64,000 bases of DNA, taken from assembly GCA_973895155.1 (NCBI GenBank), contig OZ316891.1, forward strand, positions 10,851,875 to 10,915,874, in the 5' to 3' direction. Positions 1-14,001 of the stretch are shown in pieces. The translations under genes and the position numbers were made by a program. The notes beneath the pieces were generated by a model. It was not told the origin of the DNA. It worked only from the letters and a program-made list of their open reading frames with translations, and searched no databases. This DNA comes from Marsupella aquatica. Its lineage: Eukaryota; Plantae; Marchantiophyta. Each line of letters starts with the position of its first letter. Position 1 is the stretch's first letter.

Positions 1-2339
1 TACTCATAGCTAGCATTAGAAGTAATATGTTCCTGAAGTCTTGGAGCAAACTGGCAGGATAGAGGAGAAGAGTGAATGGAATTTAGAAAAAGAGGGAGGT
101 CTTGGTCATTCCTCACAGAGAGCCAGTGGTAGTTTAACGGCATGGAATTCATGTAGCTGATGTTTACTTCATGAGTGAGTCACATTGAGTCCCAGAGTGT
201 AAATTTGATCTTCTCTCTCCACCTTATGGCAGTTTTGCATCACCTGAAAACTTCCACACAGTATCAGAGCAGCAAGGGCTCAGTAAAAGTACTCCAAATA
301 ACTTCAGACTTAAGCCTAGATTCTCCAAAGGGCACCTTAAAAAAAAGACGAGTAGCTTTATGGGGCCACCACCTATCCTGTAATGGGGTCTTCACCGTTG
401 ATGAATGACTACTCAGACACAATTAGGTGTGGGAAACCGCACTAGAAGTAATGCCCCTTGTTATGACCCACCAGAAGAAGAAAGACCCCCATGTGATGAC
501 CAAGATTAATGATTCCATTTGACTCACTGTTACCTTTCCATGAGTTGATTCCCAATTATGACATGGAGTGTTGTTAGCTATGATATAGCAACATGGTTCT
601 AATACCTTCTTATCTTAACTATATAAAATATAAAAAATAAATTGTGAATTATGAATTATGAATATGAAGCCGGGATTGATTTCACTGGCCGTTTTGCATT
701 GAACGTTTTGTATTTGGACATTTTGTGTTTGGAAAGGAGTGTATGTTTCTTGATTGAAACTTGCTGAATAATTGAATATTGAAAGTGTCAATGTGTTGTG
801 AATGGGTATTGTCGGGAGTACAGTCGAGCGATTTCTCGTGGGCATTGGCGTGACTTTCGCCTTGGTGAATTTTTCAAACCATTTGACCAATTGAGTATGG
901 AGTAGTCTCTAATTGAGTTTGCTGTTTAGAGCTTGAATCTCTTGGTTACGTTTAATTATAGTCGACTACTTACCTTGTGAGGCCTGTGTGGGGTCGAGTT
1001 TTCTCGTGAAAACATCGAGGCCTTTAAACTTGCCATGTTTCTTTCTCTTTTTCGACTTGTGGTCGCCGCACCGCACCTTTTTTGGGGCAGCTTGAACGGG
1101 CCCGAGGTGCTAAGGGACGGAAGGGGGAGCGTAAGTTTTGTTTTCTTTTGTTTTCTTTTGTTTTCTTTTGTTTTCCGGTGGAGGCTTTTTAAACGCGGCG
1201 CGTGGCATCCACGGGGGTCTATAGCCGTATGCAGCAGCATTAATTTCAAAATTACTGAGATCTCCATGAAACAAAGGAGGAAAGCTAGTAAACAAATCGT
1301 CAACTACTATAGAGTGTATCATCGCTATCGTCTAGCCACGGCCGGAACTACATTTGAACTAGGTAAGGCCGTCCCAACTCAACGATGTTCTTCCAAGATG
1401 TACCTAGCTAATCTTGCAATCGAGTTTACCCTCGCGTCTGGCAATACAGTCATGCAAGCTCTTTCCAACATCAACTCTCTAAATGTCCAATCAGTATTCA
1501 TTTGAATCGTCATTCTTGTCTTGATCGCTGGCTTGAGTTTAGATGATCAGTTGGCAATCAGTGCTGTTCAGCCACAGCAACAGATCTGAACCTTTCCTTG
1601 CACCTGACTGCCACCATGGACTCTACAGCATTTCAGTGAATTTTAGATTTATAGGCTGCCTTGGAATCATCTTCTTTGGAGACTTCGAAATCCGCTGCAA
1701 AACATGATAGCAATAGCTCTAACAGAAACTGTCCGCAAGAGGATCGTTTAACAGGAATCAAAAGATCGTCGAAATGGTACAAATCTGTGGCTAAGCTGTT
1801 AGTTACTTCATTTGGAGATCTATGTGCATGCACTACACTGACTGGTGGGTCCTGGCAAAGAGACATATACTAGTCGATTCTCCCATTCTGTTTGTACAGA
1901 AATTGGATACAACTCCTGATTTTATCTCGTTTTCTGCCCGATTTGGTGGCAGTATGGGAGTAATTAAAGAGTTGCGTTGTACATATTTCGAGATGTTTCT
2001 GCATGCACGACGCTGGTCACTGGTCGGTCCTAGGTTGAATGGGGTTCAGGTTTGTGATGCCCGACGGCGTGAATGCAGTTAGGACCAGATGACTTGAATA
2101 AAAATGTATCAATGCAAGCAAGTAAATTCTTTTAGTACAGTAATGGACAGCAAGTTCGCATGATCCTCACATTGAAAGGGCTGGCGCGCCAAGTCTCGTT
2201 GCCTTGAGGGAACAAGTCCTGGATCTGTGAACGGACAGGGAGATGAAAGCTCCGTGGAACGAACTACTAGAGGATGGTTGAGATCTTGCTGACAATCCTG
2301 ATATATACTAGGCATTCCATAACGGAACTACCCCTACAC

Positions 2340-2751
2340 TGTCTCCAGTGGCCCTGTTTGGAGTTCCAAAAGTCAGCCCACCCGCTCCTCCACCGAAGCT
2401 GAGTGTATGGCTTCACCTAACAGCGCTCAAGAGGGGGTGTACCTGAAAGGATTAATAGAGAACTTCAACCTGACTCTATTCCAAAAGCTCAAGTTCATTA
2501 ATTGCTCGAATTCAGACATTCATAAGGTGACAAGAGCATCAACTCCAACAATTCAAGATCTCCACAAACAGTGCGACAACCTGGGTGCCTTGAAGCTTGC
2601 CAAACATCTTGTTTTCCGTGCTCGTACAAAGCATCTAGAGATCCATGAGCACAGCTTTAAGGGAGAGAGATTGTTAGAAGGCGAGATCGCAGTAAAGAAT
2701 GTCGCCTCAGAGTATCAATCGCCATATGTTGAGCTCGAGAGCAAAATTTGA
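2340..2751 (+). pseudogene. Ty1/copia RNase H remnant
   Basis: Translation SKSQPT-RSSTEAECMA...CDNLGALKLAKHLVFRARTKHLEIH...GEIAVKNVASEYQ matches the copia RNase H consensus (SSTEAEY, CDNxSA, RTKHI). No LTRs or other pol domains seen. Confidence 0.8.
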
Positions 2752-3540
2752 CTTTCGTACGTAGACACGCAAAAGCAATTAGAGCAAAATTCGACTATGA
2801 TAGACAGAATAGGAATCAAAGCAGAATTCGAGTAACATAGACACCCAATCGGTAGGAATGCCAAATTCGAATATCATAGATACGCATTGACAAGAATGGA
2901 CTCAGGTTCTCAAAATAACGCAAGCCTGCTCAAAACTTGCATTCTACAGATTAGATATATCGTAGAAGAACGTCAGGTGAGACCCAGTCTCAATTCGTAA
3001 GACACGATTCCTTTCTAACTCCGCGAGAAATCCATGCGGTTATAGTTGTGTCGATATTATTACACCATTCTTAGACTCGTGTGCTAGGAAGACATCTGCT
3101 TTTCTACCGACGGGTCCTCAAAAGTGTGAATTGATTTCCGCTGAAATGTCTCTCCACCAACGGACGTTATCTCCTCGGATTTTGATTCTTCATGCAAAAA
3201 GAATATCCACGATCGCAGCTGTAGCGATACTGTTTGCATATGCTGTTTGCTGTTTCCACGACGTTTTACACGAAGTTTCCACTGAAAATTCTCGTTGCCA
3301 TCGATCGTATCTTGCGCCTTCTTCTCTGCTGCTGTCTTACCGTTAATCTAGGAGTGGATGTCACTAGGCCTGGCATTCCTGTCGCTTACGTTTACTTTAT
3401 GAGTGGCTCACATTGAGTCACGTAGTGTAGATGCGATCTTACTTGTCCATCTTATCGCGAGAGTCCCTACATATGTACTTAATCTCCCGCCCTTGGGAAA
3501 CAGATTGAAGCAGTTTGCATTACGCGAAGATTTGCACACA

Positions 3541-4563
3541 ATGAGTCGTTTGCGCCATCCTCCCTTCATCGCCCTCGCACTCACATTCCTCCTCTTCCAC
3601 GCCATCGCTATAACCGACGCATCTTTTCCTCAGGGAAAGACCCCCTCTCTCCCCCTCCCCTCCCGCGTCTTATACCAATTCTCAAACCTAACATGGGTTG
3701 AGAACCTTGCCGTGCGCTCGAATGGCGAACTACTCGTTACGTTGAATACAAGTCCCGATCTCTACCTGATCAGTACCATCCAGAGATCTGCAACACTCGT
3801 ACACTCGTTCCCAGCCGTAACTGGCCTGTTGGGTATAACTGAGGTCGAGCATGACATGTTCTACGTTGTAGCGGGAAATTTCACCGGTCCCACGCGGCCC
3901 AAGAGTTTTTCAATCTCGGAAGTTGACATGCGGTCTTTCTCTCTCTCAGGAGCGCGCGTCAGGAAAGTAACAGACACACCAGAAGCAGTAGCTCTTAACG
4001 GACTCGTTACATTGTCAAAAGCAGATTACACAATTCTAATGGCCGACAGCTTCCTCGGAGTGGCCTGGAAACTCAACGTGAAGACTGGCGTCTATTTTAT
4101 TGCGATCTCGGAGCCCGCAATGGCACCCGTCGCCACTGCAAAGCTCCAAATCGGCATTAACGGCGTGAAAATCCGGGACGACTATCTGTATTTCACTAAC
4201 ACCAACCAAGGATTAATTGCTCGCGTTCCAATCTCCAACTCAGGGAATGCCACTGGAGGAGTAGAGGTCCTTGCCACCGGGATTGTCCCAGATGATTTCG
4301 ACCTGGATTGCGATGGCAGGCCTTGGATAGGGCAGAATACAGTAAATGTAGTTAGTGTGCTGCTTCAGAATGGCACGGTGGTTAATGTGGCCGGTGCAAA
4401 GGATCAGCTGACTGTTGCCGGTGTGACGAGTTGTTTGTTTGGGCGGCATACTTCGAATCTGCTGTACTGCACCACGACAGGAGGGCTAGCAGCGCCGGTG
4501 AATGGGACTGTGGTGGAGCCAGGGAAGATCGTAGTAATTGACACGAAAGCGTTTTGGCTATAG
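3541..4563 (+). CDS. Secreted six-bladed beta-propeller, SMP-30/gluconolactonase-like, fungal type (hetero-Diels-Alderase-like family)
   Basis: Intronless intact ORF. ATG 3541 is followed by a signal-peptide-like hydrophobic stretch (FIALALTFLLFHAIA). Motifs WVENLAVRSNGELLVT, LLGITEVEHDMFYVVAGN, LNGL, GINGVKIRDDYLYFTN, PDDFDLD and LYCTTTGG are typical of the ascomycete propeller family. Confidence 0.8.
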   Translation: MSRLRHPPFIALALTFLLFHAIAITDASFPQGKTPSLPLPSRVLYQFSNLTWVENLAVRSNGELLVTLNTSPDLYLISTIQRSATLVHSFPAVTGLLGITEVEHDMFYVVAGNFTGPTRPKSFSISEVDMRSFSLSGARVRKVTDTPEAVALNGLVTLSKADYTILMADSFLGVAWKLNVKTGVYFIAISEPAMAPVATAKLQIGINGVKIRDDYLYFTNTNQGLIARVPISNSGNATGGVEVLATGIVPDDFDLDCDGRPWIGQNTVNVVSVLLQNGTVVNVAGAKDQLTVAGVTSCLFGRHTSNLLYCTTTGGLAAPVNGTVVEPGKIVVIDTKAFWL

Positions 4564-5055
4564 TCTAGAGTGGGCGCCCGTTAAGAGTCAAGACAGATAG
4601 ACGACTCGCTCACCTCACTCTCGTTTTCTTCGTATATGCGGAAGCACGACTGAGTGATCGAAGTTTTAGCTCTGAAAGCTTACGATAACACGTCCATCAG
4701 CGAAATTGGCCGAGAGCGCTGCGAAGGTTTGTCACGAAGGCCGGCCGCAACCTCATCAAGGAGATCGCCATGGGCACCACTCGGTATCATCGACGACTCG
4801 CCCATCACCGCACCTTCTCTTGCTCTCTCCCGCGCTTGTCTCATGGCGGATGCAGCATTCTCAGGGAAGGGGCGACGGAGACGAATCACCAACGATATTG
4901 TCATCTGGTGTCGCCTACGTTTATGGTGAGATGCCATATGTATTGGACTTGACAGTTAATTTTGTTTGTGTCTCTGGTTCTGAACAAAGTAGCGAAACTG
5001 GAGAATTTGCATGACTATCGTGAGGGCAGCTCTGGTTTGTATAATTGTGGACACG

Positions 5056-5306
5056 TTTCTGGTACTGAAAATGGCTTTTTATGGCACTCAAATTTTCATC
5101 CCCAGATGACCGTATTGCAATTTACTTGCCGGGCAATAATTCATTCGGACCTGAATAAATAAGTGTGGATACCGTTTCCTTTCTGGTACTGAAAATGGCT
5201 TTTTATGGCACTCAAATTTTCATCTCCAGTAGACTGGTATTGCAATTTACTTGCCGGGCAATAATGAATTCGGACCTGAATAATAAGTATGGAAACCGTT
5301 TCCTTT
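5056..5306. repeat. Two-copy tandem repeat, ~124-bp unit
   Basis: TTTCTGGTACTGAAAATGGCTTTTTATGGCACTCAAATTTTCATC...CGGACCTGAATAA occurs at 5056 and 5180. Confidence 0.85.
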
Positions 5307-7464
5307 TCAAGACAGAGTAACTGTAAGGGCTGGTGTTTGTTTTGGTGTTTGTTTTGTTGGCGAAATTGTCCCAAATTCCTTCTCCATTTTTTGCACAGAA
5401 TTTTAAGGATATTTTGTGTTGGATTAGCCAATTTTCCACTCTGCATTATACAGATTCTGAAGGCTCTTCTTGAACCTAGGGAAGATAGATCGTTCTCATC
5501 AGTTTGAAGGAGGAACGTTGTTAGCGTCTAGTTTTGACATGAGGAAGCATTTGCCATCCTGGAAAATAAATTAAACAATCTTTGAATTTATGGTGCGTGG
5601 CACTGCCTCATGCTTGCTAAGGAATCTTTGGTATTGGCATTTACTAGATGGTGTTTCTGCTGCGGAATCTTTTTGGTGTTAAAAGTAAGTTGTAGCATGT
5701 TATCAGATAGTGATTTTGCTGCAAAATCTTTCGGTATTGATGTTTGCAAGATCTTGGTTGTTGACATTAGTGGGGTTTATAAGCGTTCTGATGGAGCCTT
5801 GGTTTTCCTCCAGTGAGGCTTCAGTTTGGTGTTCGTGACACTTTATTTTCCTCTTGTCCAGGTTCTGGCCTTTGTGGTTTAGTGTACCCCTGGTTTTGGT
5901 GTCCTCCAGACTTGATGGGGTTTCCCCAGACTGGACTTGTATTCAGTTGCAGGGCTGCTTGTCTAGGGAGGGGTCTAGGAAGGGGTTCATCAGTCTAGCC
6001 CCAAACAAACCAATAAAGGTGTGAAACTGGAGAATTCCCCATGGAGTTGGGTTGGTGAATAGTTTAGATGCACAACACTTCCTTCCTTCCATTTGTACAC
6101 AGGACAAACAACAGGTGACCCAAGGGAAGAGATGAGGGTGCCTTAGTTAGAGTAACACCAAGCCTCGATCCCCACCCCCCACTGATATAATGTAGATGAT
6201 AAGGTATAAGTAAGGTATAACATTTGGATATGAGGTTTACAAGTTGGTACAAGCTTAGGTGTGATTACCGAGGTGTAATAGTGTTTGGATAGAGGACTTA
6301 CTTCATAGCGTACCTCCAGGGCAAACATCAAATTCACAGATGAGGCTCCCGTTTCCACCCTGCTTTGCTGGTTCTCAAATACAATTATCATTGTCTGCCG
6401 ATAGAAAGTGGGATACATGAATTGCTTGACCTAATTGAGTTGTGAGCTACTCCCTCAGACCTTAATTACTAAAGGGATCAGAGTCATGTACCAGCTGGAA
6501 TGGGATGGGTGATTATAGACACAAGGGAAGAAAGGAGATGAGATCTTGTAAGGTGAAGTTTGAGTAGGACCCTCCATAAGTGTTCAGGGTTTGGCTTCTT
6601 TGTAAAACCTTAAAAAAAACCCTGCCTGGTTTAATTAATTTCTTAAGTGCAACATCATACATTATCAGAAACTGCAAACACTTGTTGATCAGATTACGGG
6701 ATAAGGTTTATGCATATATGATGAGATAAGTGTACTGTATACCCTTGTAGGGCGATTTTCCTTGATACTTTTGTGAGTAGTGAAGCCTCTATCTACCTGA
6801 TAAAACAAGATTGAAAGCTGCAAGGATAAATGCCACAGTTTAAAGTGAAACCTCTCAGGGGGCATAGTTGAACTGGCTAAGGGCACGAGACACTCACTAT
6901 TTGTGTATGAGCAAAACTTGGGCATTCAGGCTAATCAACCAATTCATTAAAAGTGGAAAATTATCAATGCTTTGGAATATTGCTTATCTCTATTTAGAAT
7001 ATTATAAAACCAAAATTGGAATTTAAATACCCAATTTTTGGAATTTCTTTACACACATTTTTGAATTTTTTTCATGATTTGTAATATTTGTTTATGAATA
7101 TATCAAAGTCAAAATACCTAGAAGTATTTACAATCCATGAACCTTGTATCATCCAAGACATTCTAAAGTGAAGTCAATTTTTTGGGGGAAAAGGGGGGGC
7201 ACAAAGCCTCAATACCACACAAAGAGAAGTCATTGACAAACGTAATATATATTTCATATTATTTTTAATAAATAAAATCCAAAATTGAAATGACGTAAGT
7301 ACCCTAATTACCTTGCCTAATCAATTTTAGACTCAGTGCCAAGCAGGCAAAACATAAGAGTAGATTACCAACCTAGAAAATAAGTCATCCTTATACTTTT
7401 GATAGACTTATCAACTAACTAAATCTATATAATCCTACTAAACAAATGATATCACTCTCAATAT

Positions 7465-9552
7465 CTACCTTTGCTCTTCTATATCAATCCTTGCTAAATA
7501 AACTTTGATTTCCTCCAGTTTCTTTTTGGGGATTCGAATGCCTTGTTCAGCTTTTTCCCCTTGATATGTCCAAAAGTGCATGGCTGCTGTTGCGTTACAC
7601 CATTCTTCTTTCTGCAAAATATCACATTCCCAAAGTTTTTGCTTCTTCAAACATCCTTCATATCGATCATACAATGATCTATCCTTTTTGGTGCTTTTGG
7701 GTCTCCACCATTGCAACAGAAAATCTCCACAATTTGGTAGTTCATGGTCCATTTGAACTTTGCTCAATGCTCTTCCCATCCAGAAGCATCCTGGCTTGTT
7801 ATCCTCAAATTCTTGTGTTGGACGAATAATGATGAAAACGCTTGCTTCAATATCTTCAAGAGGAACAAACCGATTGCTTTCCCTTTCAGAAAGAGGACCC
7901 ACAAATATTGTTTGACCTTCAAGCATTTCCTCATCAGCCTCACGTTGAAGGATAACAATATCTGGAGGATTCTCCCAACCCGTCACATCAAATGATCCAA
8001 GATCACTTTTATAGCCTGTACCATGTTTGGTTCGAGGCCAAAACCCATCCACCAGCGGTTGCTCTTCAATATCCACTATCTCCAAAAGGGGCTTTTGCAA
8101 AAGCTCAGTAACTGTCTTCCAATATTGCACTAAAGGAAACCTTTCCTTATATCCCTGCGAGGTCTTATCCTTCCATGTTTTCTCTATCCACTCTATATAG
8201 TTTTTGATGTAGGCTGAAACATCTTTGGCTTTCTGAAAAAGTGTAGTTGGGGTTTTGGCAAGTGGTTCTCCAATTGGAAGGACAAGTGTTTTACTTCCAT
8301 CTTCAACCCATATGCATCGTCCTTGGGGTGGTGACCATGAGTCATTGATATTCTCCTTGACTTGGTACATAGGGACATTATTTTTCATTGTAAATAGGAA
8401 TGCCATTGGTGCAGAGTGCCCTGCAATAGTCTTCACAAAAGCACTAACATAAGACTTGTAGCTAGCCACTTCTTGGATCAATGTGGGCACTGGGTGAATT
8501 GCTTCGCTTTCCCATACCTCTGCCATAAGTGAAAGTAGGGTTGTGACCTCACGATGCTTAAGTCGAGTGCTTACCCTAGAGAATATTGCATCAACATCCT
8601 CATGTGTATGCCTAACCATAAGGAAAGACATGACAATACTCTCAAAGTGTCCCCTCAGAACCAACTCACTACAGAATGCCATCATGGCCCAATTCTTGTT
8701 GTCCTTTGCAGAGTTGTCCATTTGTAAGTGTAGATGTCTTGGCAATTTCTTGAACAGTGTAGTGCTACTACTCTGACATTCTGTCAATCCACTTGCCACA
8801 ATTGGTGAGACACAATCCTTGTCCACAAGTTCCCCACGATATCGATCAGTTGTGACATTGTTGGCATCTAGATATCCAATTTGACAAGCTTGCTTTTCCA
8901 ATAATGCCTTGAATAAGGGGTTTGTTGCCTGATGAGAATGAACTCCAAGATCTCCACTTTTATCCCCCAAATATGCTTCCAATCACGCAGGCACTTTGCA
9001 ACGAAGGTAATAGTAAAATCCAGATTAGATGGCCACATCCCTGTCAAACTAAAGTGGGCAAAGACTCCAGGTTCCCGACCATGTGTCAACATCCCAGTCA
9101 AAGCCATTAGTAGTGGTTGACATCCACTAGCCATGCTTTTTAGTGTATCAACCATTTTAGGAATTTGGGTCTTGTTTTGATCCATCTTATCATGAATAAT
9201 GCAAAGAAGATCTTCTGGATTTCTTCTTGCCATCACCCGAGCTGCATATGAAAGGTTTTGACAAGACATTTGTTCTTGCATGTGTTTTTCCCTTGCTACT
9301 TCGTACCGCTTGCGAACTTCAGTTCTTCTCTCCTTCATCAACAACTCCTTCAAAGTGGTGCATTGAGTGCACTTTGCAAAAGCACTCTTCACATGGAATG
9401 AAAAATTTGCATAGTTCTCCCTCCACATCTTATAGAAAGACCCAATGGTAATTCCCTGACTCCCTTCCACCTTCATGCTCTCAACTACCTCATCATAGAT
9501 AGCATCTTTGTTATAGCAAGATGGTAATCTGTAGATGATGTTTGATGTTCCC
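7465..9552 (-). pseudogene. DDE transposase, C-terminal half (DUF7869/Sola1-like), frameshifted near 8980
   Basis: Motifs FAKCTQC...H, IIHDKMDQNK (D1), HLQMDNSAKDNKN (D2) and FLMV[G>R]HTHEDVDAIFS (D3). Two overlapping ORFs (8868-9584, 7465-8982) are joined by a frameshift. The C-terminal FWMGRA...LLQWWRP region is possibly SH3/Tudor-like. Confidence 0.8.
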
Positions 9553-9950
9553 TGTGTATTTGAGATGTGGCATAGGCTCGCCAAGGGTATTCACTACACG
9601 GTCAAGATGAGCACGAAACTCTTGTGTTATCATCCTTCGGGAGCTCAAAACCTACTAAGTTCGGCTTTGAGAGGTGTGAGAGGCCGGATCGACTCTCCTT
9701 CCTTATATCCGGATTCGACTGTGGTCGTGCCTGTGTTTGACTTATGGTTTTAAAAACTTTGGCAATGGACAGCTGTTGTTGAGTAGAGTCTCGGTATAAG
9801 CTTTATATCTCATTCCAGGCTTATAACAAAAAGTTCCGGGTTGATCCTCCTTCTCTAATATCAATCCGGGTTGACCTCAGATCAGCTTGAAAGTCTCATA
9901 ACACTTCAAAGTAGTCTTTAGGTCCCTCTTCAGCATTATTTAAGATCTTA
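9553..9950. mobile_element. Retroelement/LTR-like fragment at the left transposase breakpoint (right end approximate)
   Basis: Transposase homology stops abruptly at a TG at 9553. GC-richer non-coding sequence follows, with CCGGGTTGA motifs whose reverse complement resembles GGTCGACCCGG motifs at 16-16.3 kb. Confidence 0.35.
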
Positions 9951-10259
9951 AACGTAAAATTCTAAAATTTATGGTTAGTTAACCATTCTTTTATAAACAT
10001 CCTTATCTCACACTATTTCCACATACTCAAAAGATTTAACAATCACAATAATTTTACTTCAAGGGTCCAAACTTCTCATTCATTTAGACTTGAAGGGGGA
10101 ATAATTCCTTTGTATTAAATACTCATATGCAATGGAGTGCTTGCTACAAATGGAGGTAACAAAGTTGCAATCTTGCAACTGAGCGCTCATGAAATTTCTT
10201 CACACAAAAAGTGGCAAAAACTCTATTGCATATAGGCTAACAGAAACTAAGAGGCTTTA

Positions 10260-10587
10260 CACCGTGCCAGGAAACAGGAAAATGATTTCCTATTATGAGC
10301 AAAATTTACTGTTATCAGCAAAAATGAGATATAAAAAATTTCTCATTAAAACTCAAAATTTTCAAAATATTTTTAAAAACGATCATTTTTGGCTAGCGCC
10401 AGGCGCTACTATTACTAGCTTGGGCGCTAGTAAAAAAATATCAAAAATTTAAACCAAAAAAAAAAATTTCCAAAAGAAAAAAAATTCACAAAAAATTTCA
10501 AAAAAATTTCAAAAAAATTTCAAAAATTCTCATCCATTTTGCTGTTTACTATTTATTGTTTCCTATTTCCTGTTTCCTGGCACGATG
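10260..10587. mobile_element. MITE with 22-bp TIRs
   Basis: CACCGTGCCAGGAAACAGGAAA at 10260 pairs with TTTCCTGTTTCCTGGCACGATG ending at 10587 (21/22). The interior is AT-rich. No clear TSD. Confidence 0.7.
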
Positions 10588-11646
10588 GTTATACCCGAAA
10601 CTAAAGGGGAAAAGAGATAATGAAAGGACATGCCCTTTCATATCTTAAAGGTCATAAACTAAAGTAAAAAGTATGAAAATATGTTATAAGAGTACTCAAG
10701 GTTCACTAGAATGTTGCTGAAATGAAAAACTAACCAAAAGTTATCCCTAGTGTAAACTGAAGTAAAAGTGTTTTTTGTACTTTTGTGGTAAAACTAATAA
10801 ATAGTGAGTTTATCAAAATTTTAATTTCTAACATTAAAGTCAAAATGAGATGAAACTTTACTAGGTGGAATATTTATATACATGCTTCATGCTGCGACTT
10901 TTCTGAGGTGTCTAAGTGCCTTAATAAAATCGATGAAAAGTGCTGTCGGATAAAAAATACACTATTCCGGAAAATTTTCTAAGTGTCGGAAACGCCGTTG
11001 CGCCTTTGCGCACTCACGCTTAAGCAAAACTAAAAATGCTATAATTTCTAAACGACATGTCGGTTTTGGCCGATACTTTCAGGGTATGGTTCGCTACATA
11101 AGGGCTATCTCCTGAAAAAGTATGAGACTTTTCTAACTACTTTAACTATTTAACTAAAACTGCAGAGATCGACTGATCTTAACTATTGTCGTGGGAGAAC
11201 TAATCTTGTTGGAGTAGTGTTGTCTGATCTGGTTGCTGAACTCTTGTGTAGGTATTCTCTTGCATAGCTTCTTGAATTACATCCATGTCTTGAGTGTGAT
11301 GCCGATGAAAGGTAAAGACTTTCGCTGTCGTTCAATATTCAGAACAGGAAGTAGTCTCCGGTGTAGCATGACATTAGGTAAAGTGTTTAGTTGATCTAAA
11401 TTGCTACAAAAAGTAACTATAATGCACCTTTGAGTTAGAAAAAATTCAAAATTTATAATTTTTCTATCATTTCTAACTAATGTACTATATTACATCCCTC
11501 ATGTACGATGTACACAATTCTGAGGAATGAGTGTAGAGAATTTTGAGTTTAAATAGATATGTGAGCATGAACAAGGAGAAGTCTTGCGGCTGATCCCTCA
11601 TAGGGGCCTGCCAGCAGTACTAGGGCGTGCCAGCAGTAGCGCCTGC

Positions 11647-11764
11647 CAGCCTTTCACCTTCCACTAAAAATGCCCTGCATGCGCTCTTGCTACGGTTGTC
11701 CTCACAGCCTTTCACCTTCCACTAAAAACGCCCTGCATGCGCTCTTGCTACGGATGTCTTCACA
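11647..11764. repeat. Two-copy tandem repeat, 58-bp unit
   Basis: CAGCCTTTCACCTTCCACTAAAAAYGCCCTGCATGCGCTCTTGCTACGG occurs at 11647 and 11705. Confidence 0.85.
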
Positions 11765-14001
11765 CTACAAATCATCCTCTTCTTACCAACTAGGGCCTCA
11801 ATAAACGAGTTTTCAGGGCCTCAACAAATGACAGAGTTTTCTTTGGTGAAGTACCCCTGACAACTTCCCAATGGAGCTTCCGCCAACTCTAGCCGCTTTC
11901 TCTTCTTCACACGGAGCTGACACCTAGTAAGTCACATGACACCTTATATGGCATGCATCTATATATGGCTAATTATTTGGTACCAACTATTTGGTACCAA
12001 ATCCTAACAAGTCTAATGTAACGGTGTCAAATTTACATTCGTCTTTGGCCAAAAAGTTAAATCCATATTTTGGGGCCTCTAAAAAAATATTGAGAGATTT
12101 ACACTTGACCATGGCAAAAAAAGGCCAACTCCAACTACTCCACTAAAATCAAGTAATGTCCAAGAAGTTGGTGAAGTTGGTGAGGTCAATGGGCCAACAA
12201 GCGTTGCTAAAAGGAGAAAAAGTACTAAGAAACGGATGGCGGCTTGTTATTGCAAGACAACAAGCCAAAATACTTAGCCACAAGGAAAACCTGAAAATTT
12301 TCAAATTTCAAAAACACAAAAATTCTGACTACAAGGTTCCTCATCGTGCAAATACACTAGTCTGTACAATAATGGAGGAAAAATCACAAAATGTCCCTCA
12401 GTCATCATATTTTAAAAAATTAATATGTGTTGAGCAAATGTCGTTTACTTGGAGTCTATTAATGCGAGCTAGTCGACGAATCCCTCCAAAACTGGGTCAA
12501 TGAGTGGAAAATTAAAAAAACAGAATGAATAGTAACAATTTTTGAAACTCCCGTTTGATTCCATGTAAATACAGAGCTCTACAGTATATAGGAGGACAAA
12601 TCCAGCATGCAAAAGCAAAAGGTATGTCGCCATTTTTTAAATATTAAAAATGTGCTAAGCAACTTTGTTTTTTCTTCATTCTTATTGATAAAAGCTGACA
12701 ATTCCCTCCAAACCTGGGGCCAATGAGTCTTCGCCAATAAACTCAAACTCAGCAACATTAGTCAATCCATCTCACGCTGATCCGTTGCTCTCAAAGATAT
12801 ATTTGCAAACCCAGCCCAACACTTCCACATGTTCATTGTACTTCAGTTTTAGAGTTGTTTATTTTTCTTTATGCTACTCACACTTTTGCATTCTCTATTT
12901 GTGCCCACTCTTCTACAACTATTTTCTGAGGGAAGTCTAAGCATTTTCCTTCATTTAACCAATGAAAAGACCCTCCTCCTACTCCAACTCTCTTAGATCA
13001 TGGTGGACAATGCTGACACTGCAGTTGAGTCTGAACTGACGTTTGATGAACATTTGGGCGTCTTCTAATTGATGAGGACGCATGGTGGCACTCTTATACT
13101 CTATCTTCACCACATGCGGCAAAGACATTTATGATTCTGAATTTTGGGTATGTTTCTTTTACTTTGTTTAAGTTGTTTGTGAGTCTTTAGCTTTATTTTT
13201 GTCTTGTGCACTAAAAGTAACTAATTATGACCATCAATTTGCAACTTGGCCAAGCTCAATATGACATAGGTCTACATATGTTTTGTTTTGTTCATTGAGA
13301 TATAGAGGCATAAATTGTCATCCTCAAGATCATCTTGAGGTTGTAAGTTTTCCTGTGTGTGTCCATCATTCATATGAAGGTTACATGGACTAAACTATTA
13401 ATATCAATATTAAGAGAAAATAGTGAATGAATCATTTTTTAATGGTTTGTAAGACTTGATTTCTCTCAACCTCATGAGATTTTTCCCAATACAAGCCTTT
13501 AAGTCCATAGGTACTTCATTTTTGTTCTCATTCATTTATTCATAATTCAGTCTTCTTGAAGCAAGAAATGAAACCTCACGACAATCGTGAAGTTCTACTG
13601 TACTTTATTTTATGACCAATAATTCTCATTCTTTTGGGTTAAATTGAATCTCTTAGTAGGTCTCGTGAATGTATTGCTGCAAACATATTGTAGTCTAACA
13701 TTCTGTCAGTCCACATCCGTGTAATTACTTGCGGACCTTCTAGACCACTATTATTTCTAACATTATTGCCTTATACCTACATAATGGACTTTTTAATGCA
13801 AAGTTGACCCAACTATGCATGTTAAGCACTTGCATGGGACCATATTAAGTTTAACCACAAAAACTAGGTTTAGTGCCTAGATGAATTTCACTTTAGTATC
13901 CAAGTAGCCTGAAACCTCACGATGATATTGAGGTTTCTTCTGGACCCTGACAACCTGTCATCTTCAACTGATGAGTAATTTTCTTAACATTTTTTAATGC
14001 A

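Noticed and set aside
613-1225. Possible non-autonomous Helitron (TC start, CGTGGCATCCACG hairpin)
   Set aside because: No clear CTRR terminus or empty-site evidence.
3403-3540. 5' extension of the propeller ORF (386 aa call)
   Set aside because: It starts at a non-ATG codon. ATG 3541 directly precedes a signal peptide.
4654-5014. Overlapping short ORFs downstream of the propeller gene
   Set aside because: No recognisable homology or preferred frame.
5310-6930. Flanks (with 26510-27900) as one older host element split by the large transposon
   Set aside because: Plausible from composition, but I could not identify a joined ORF or termini.
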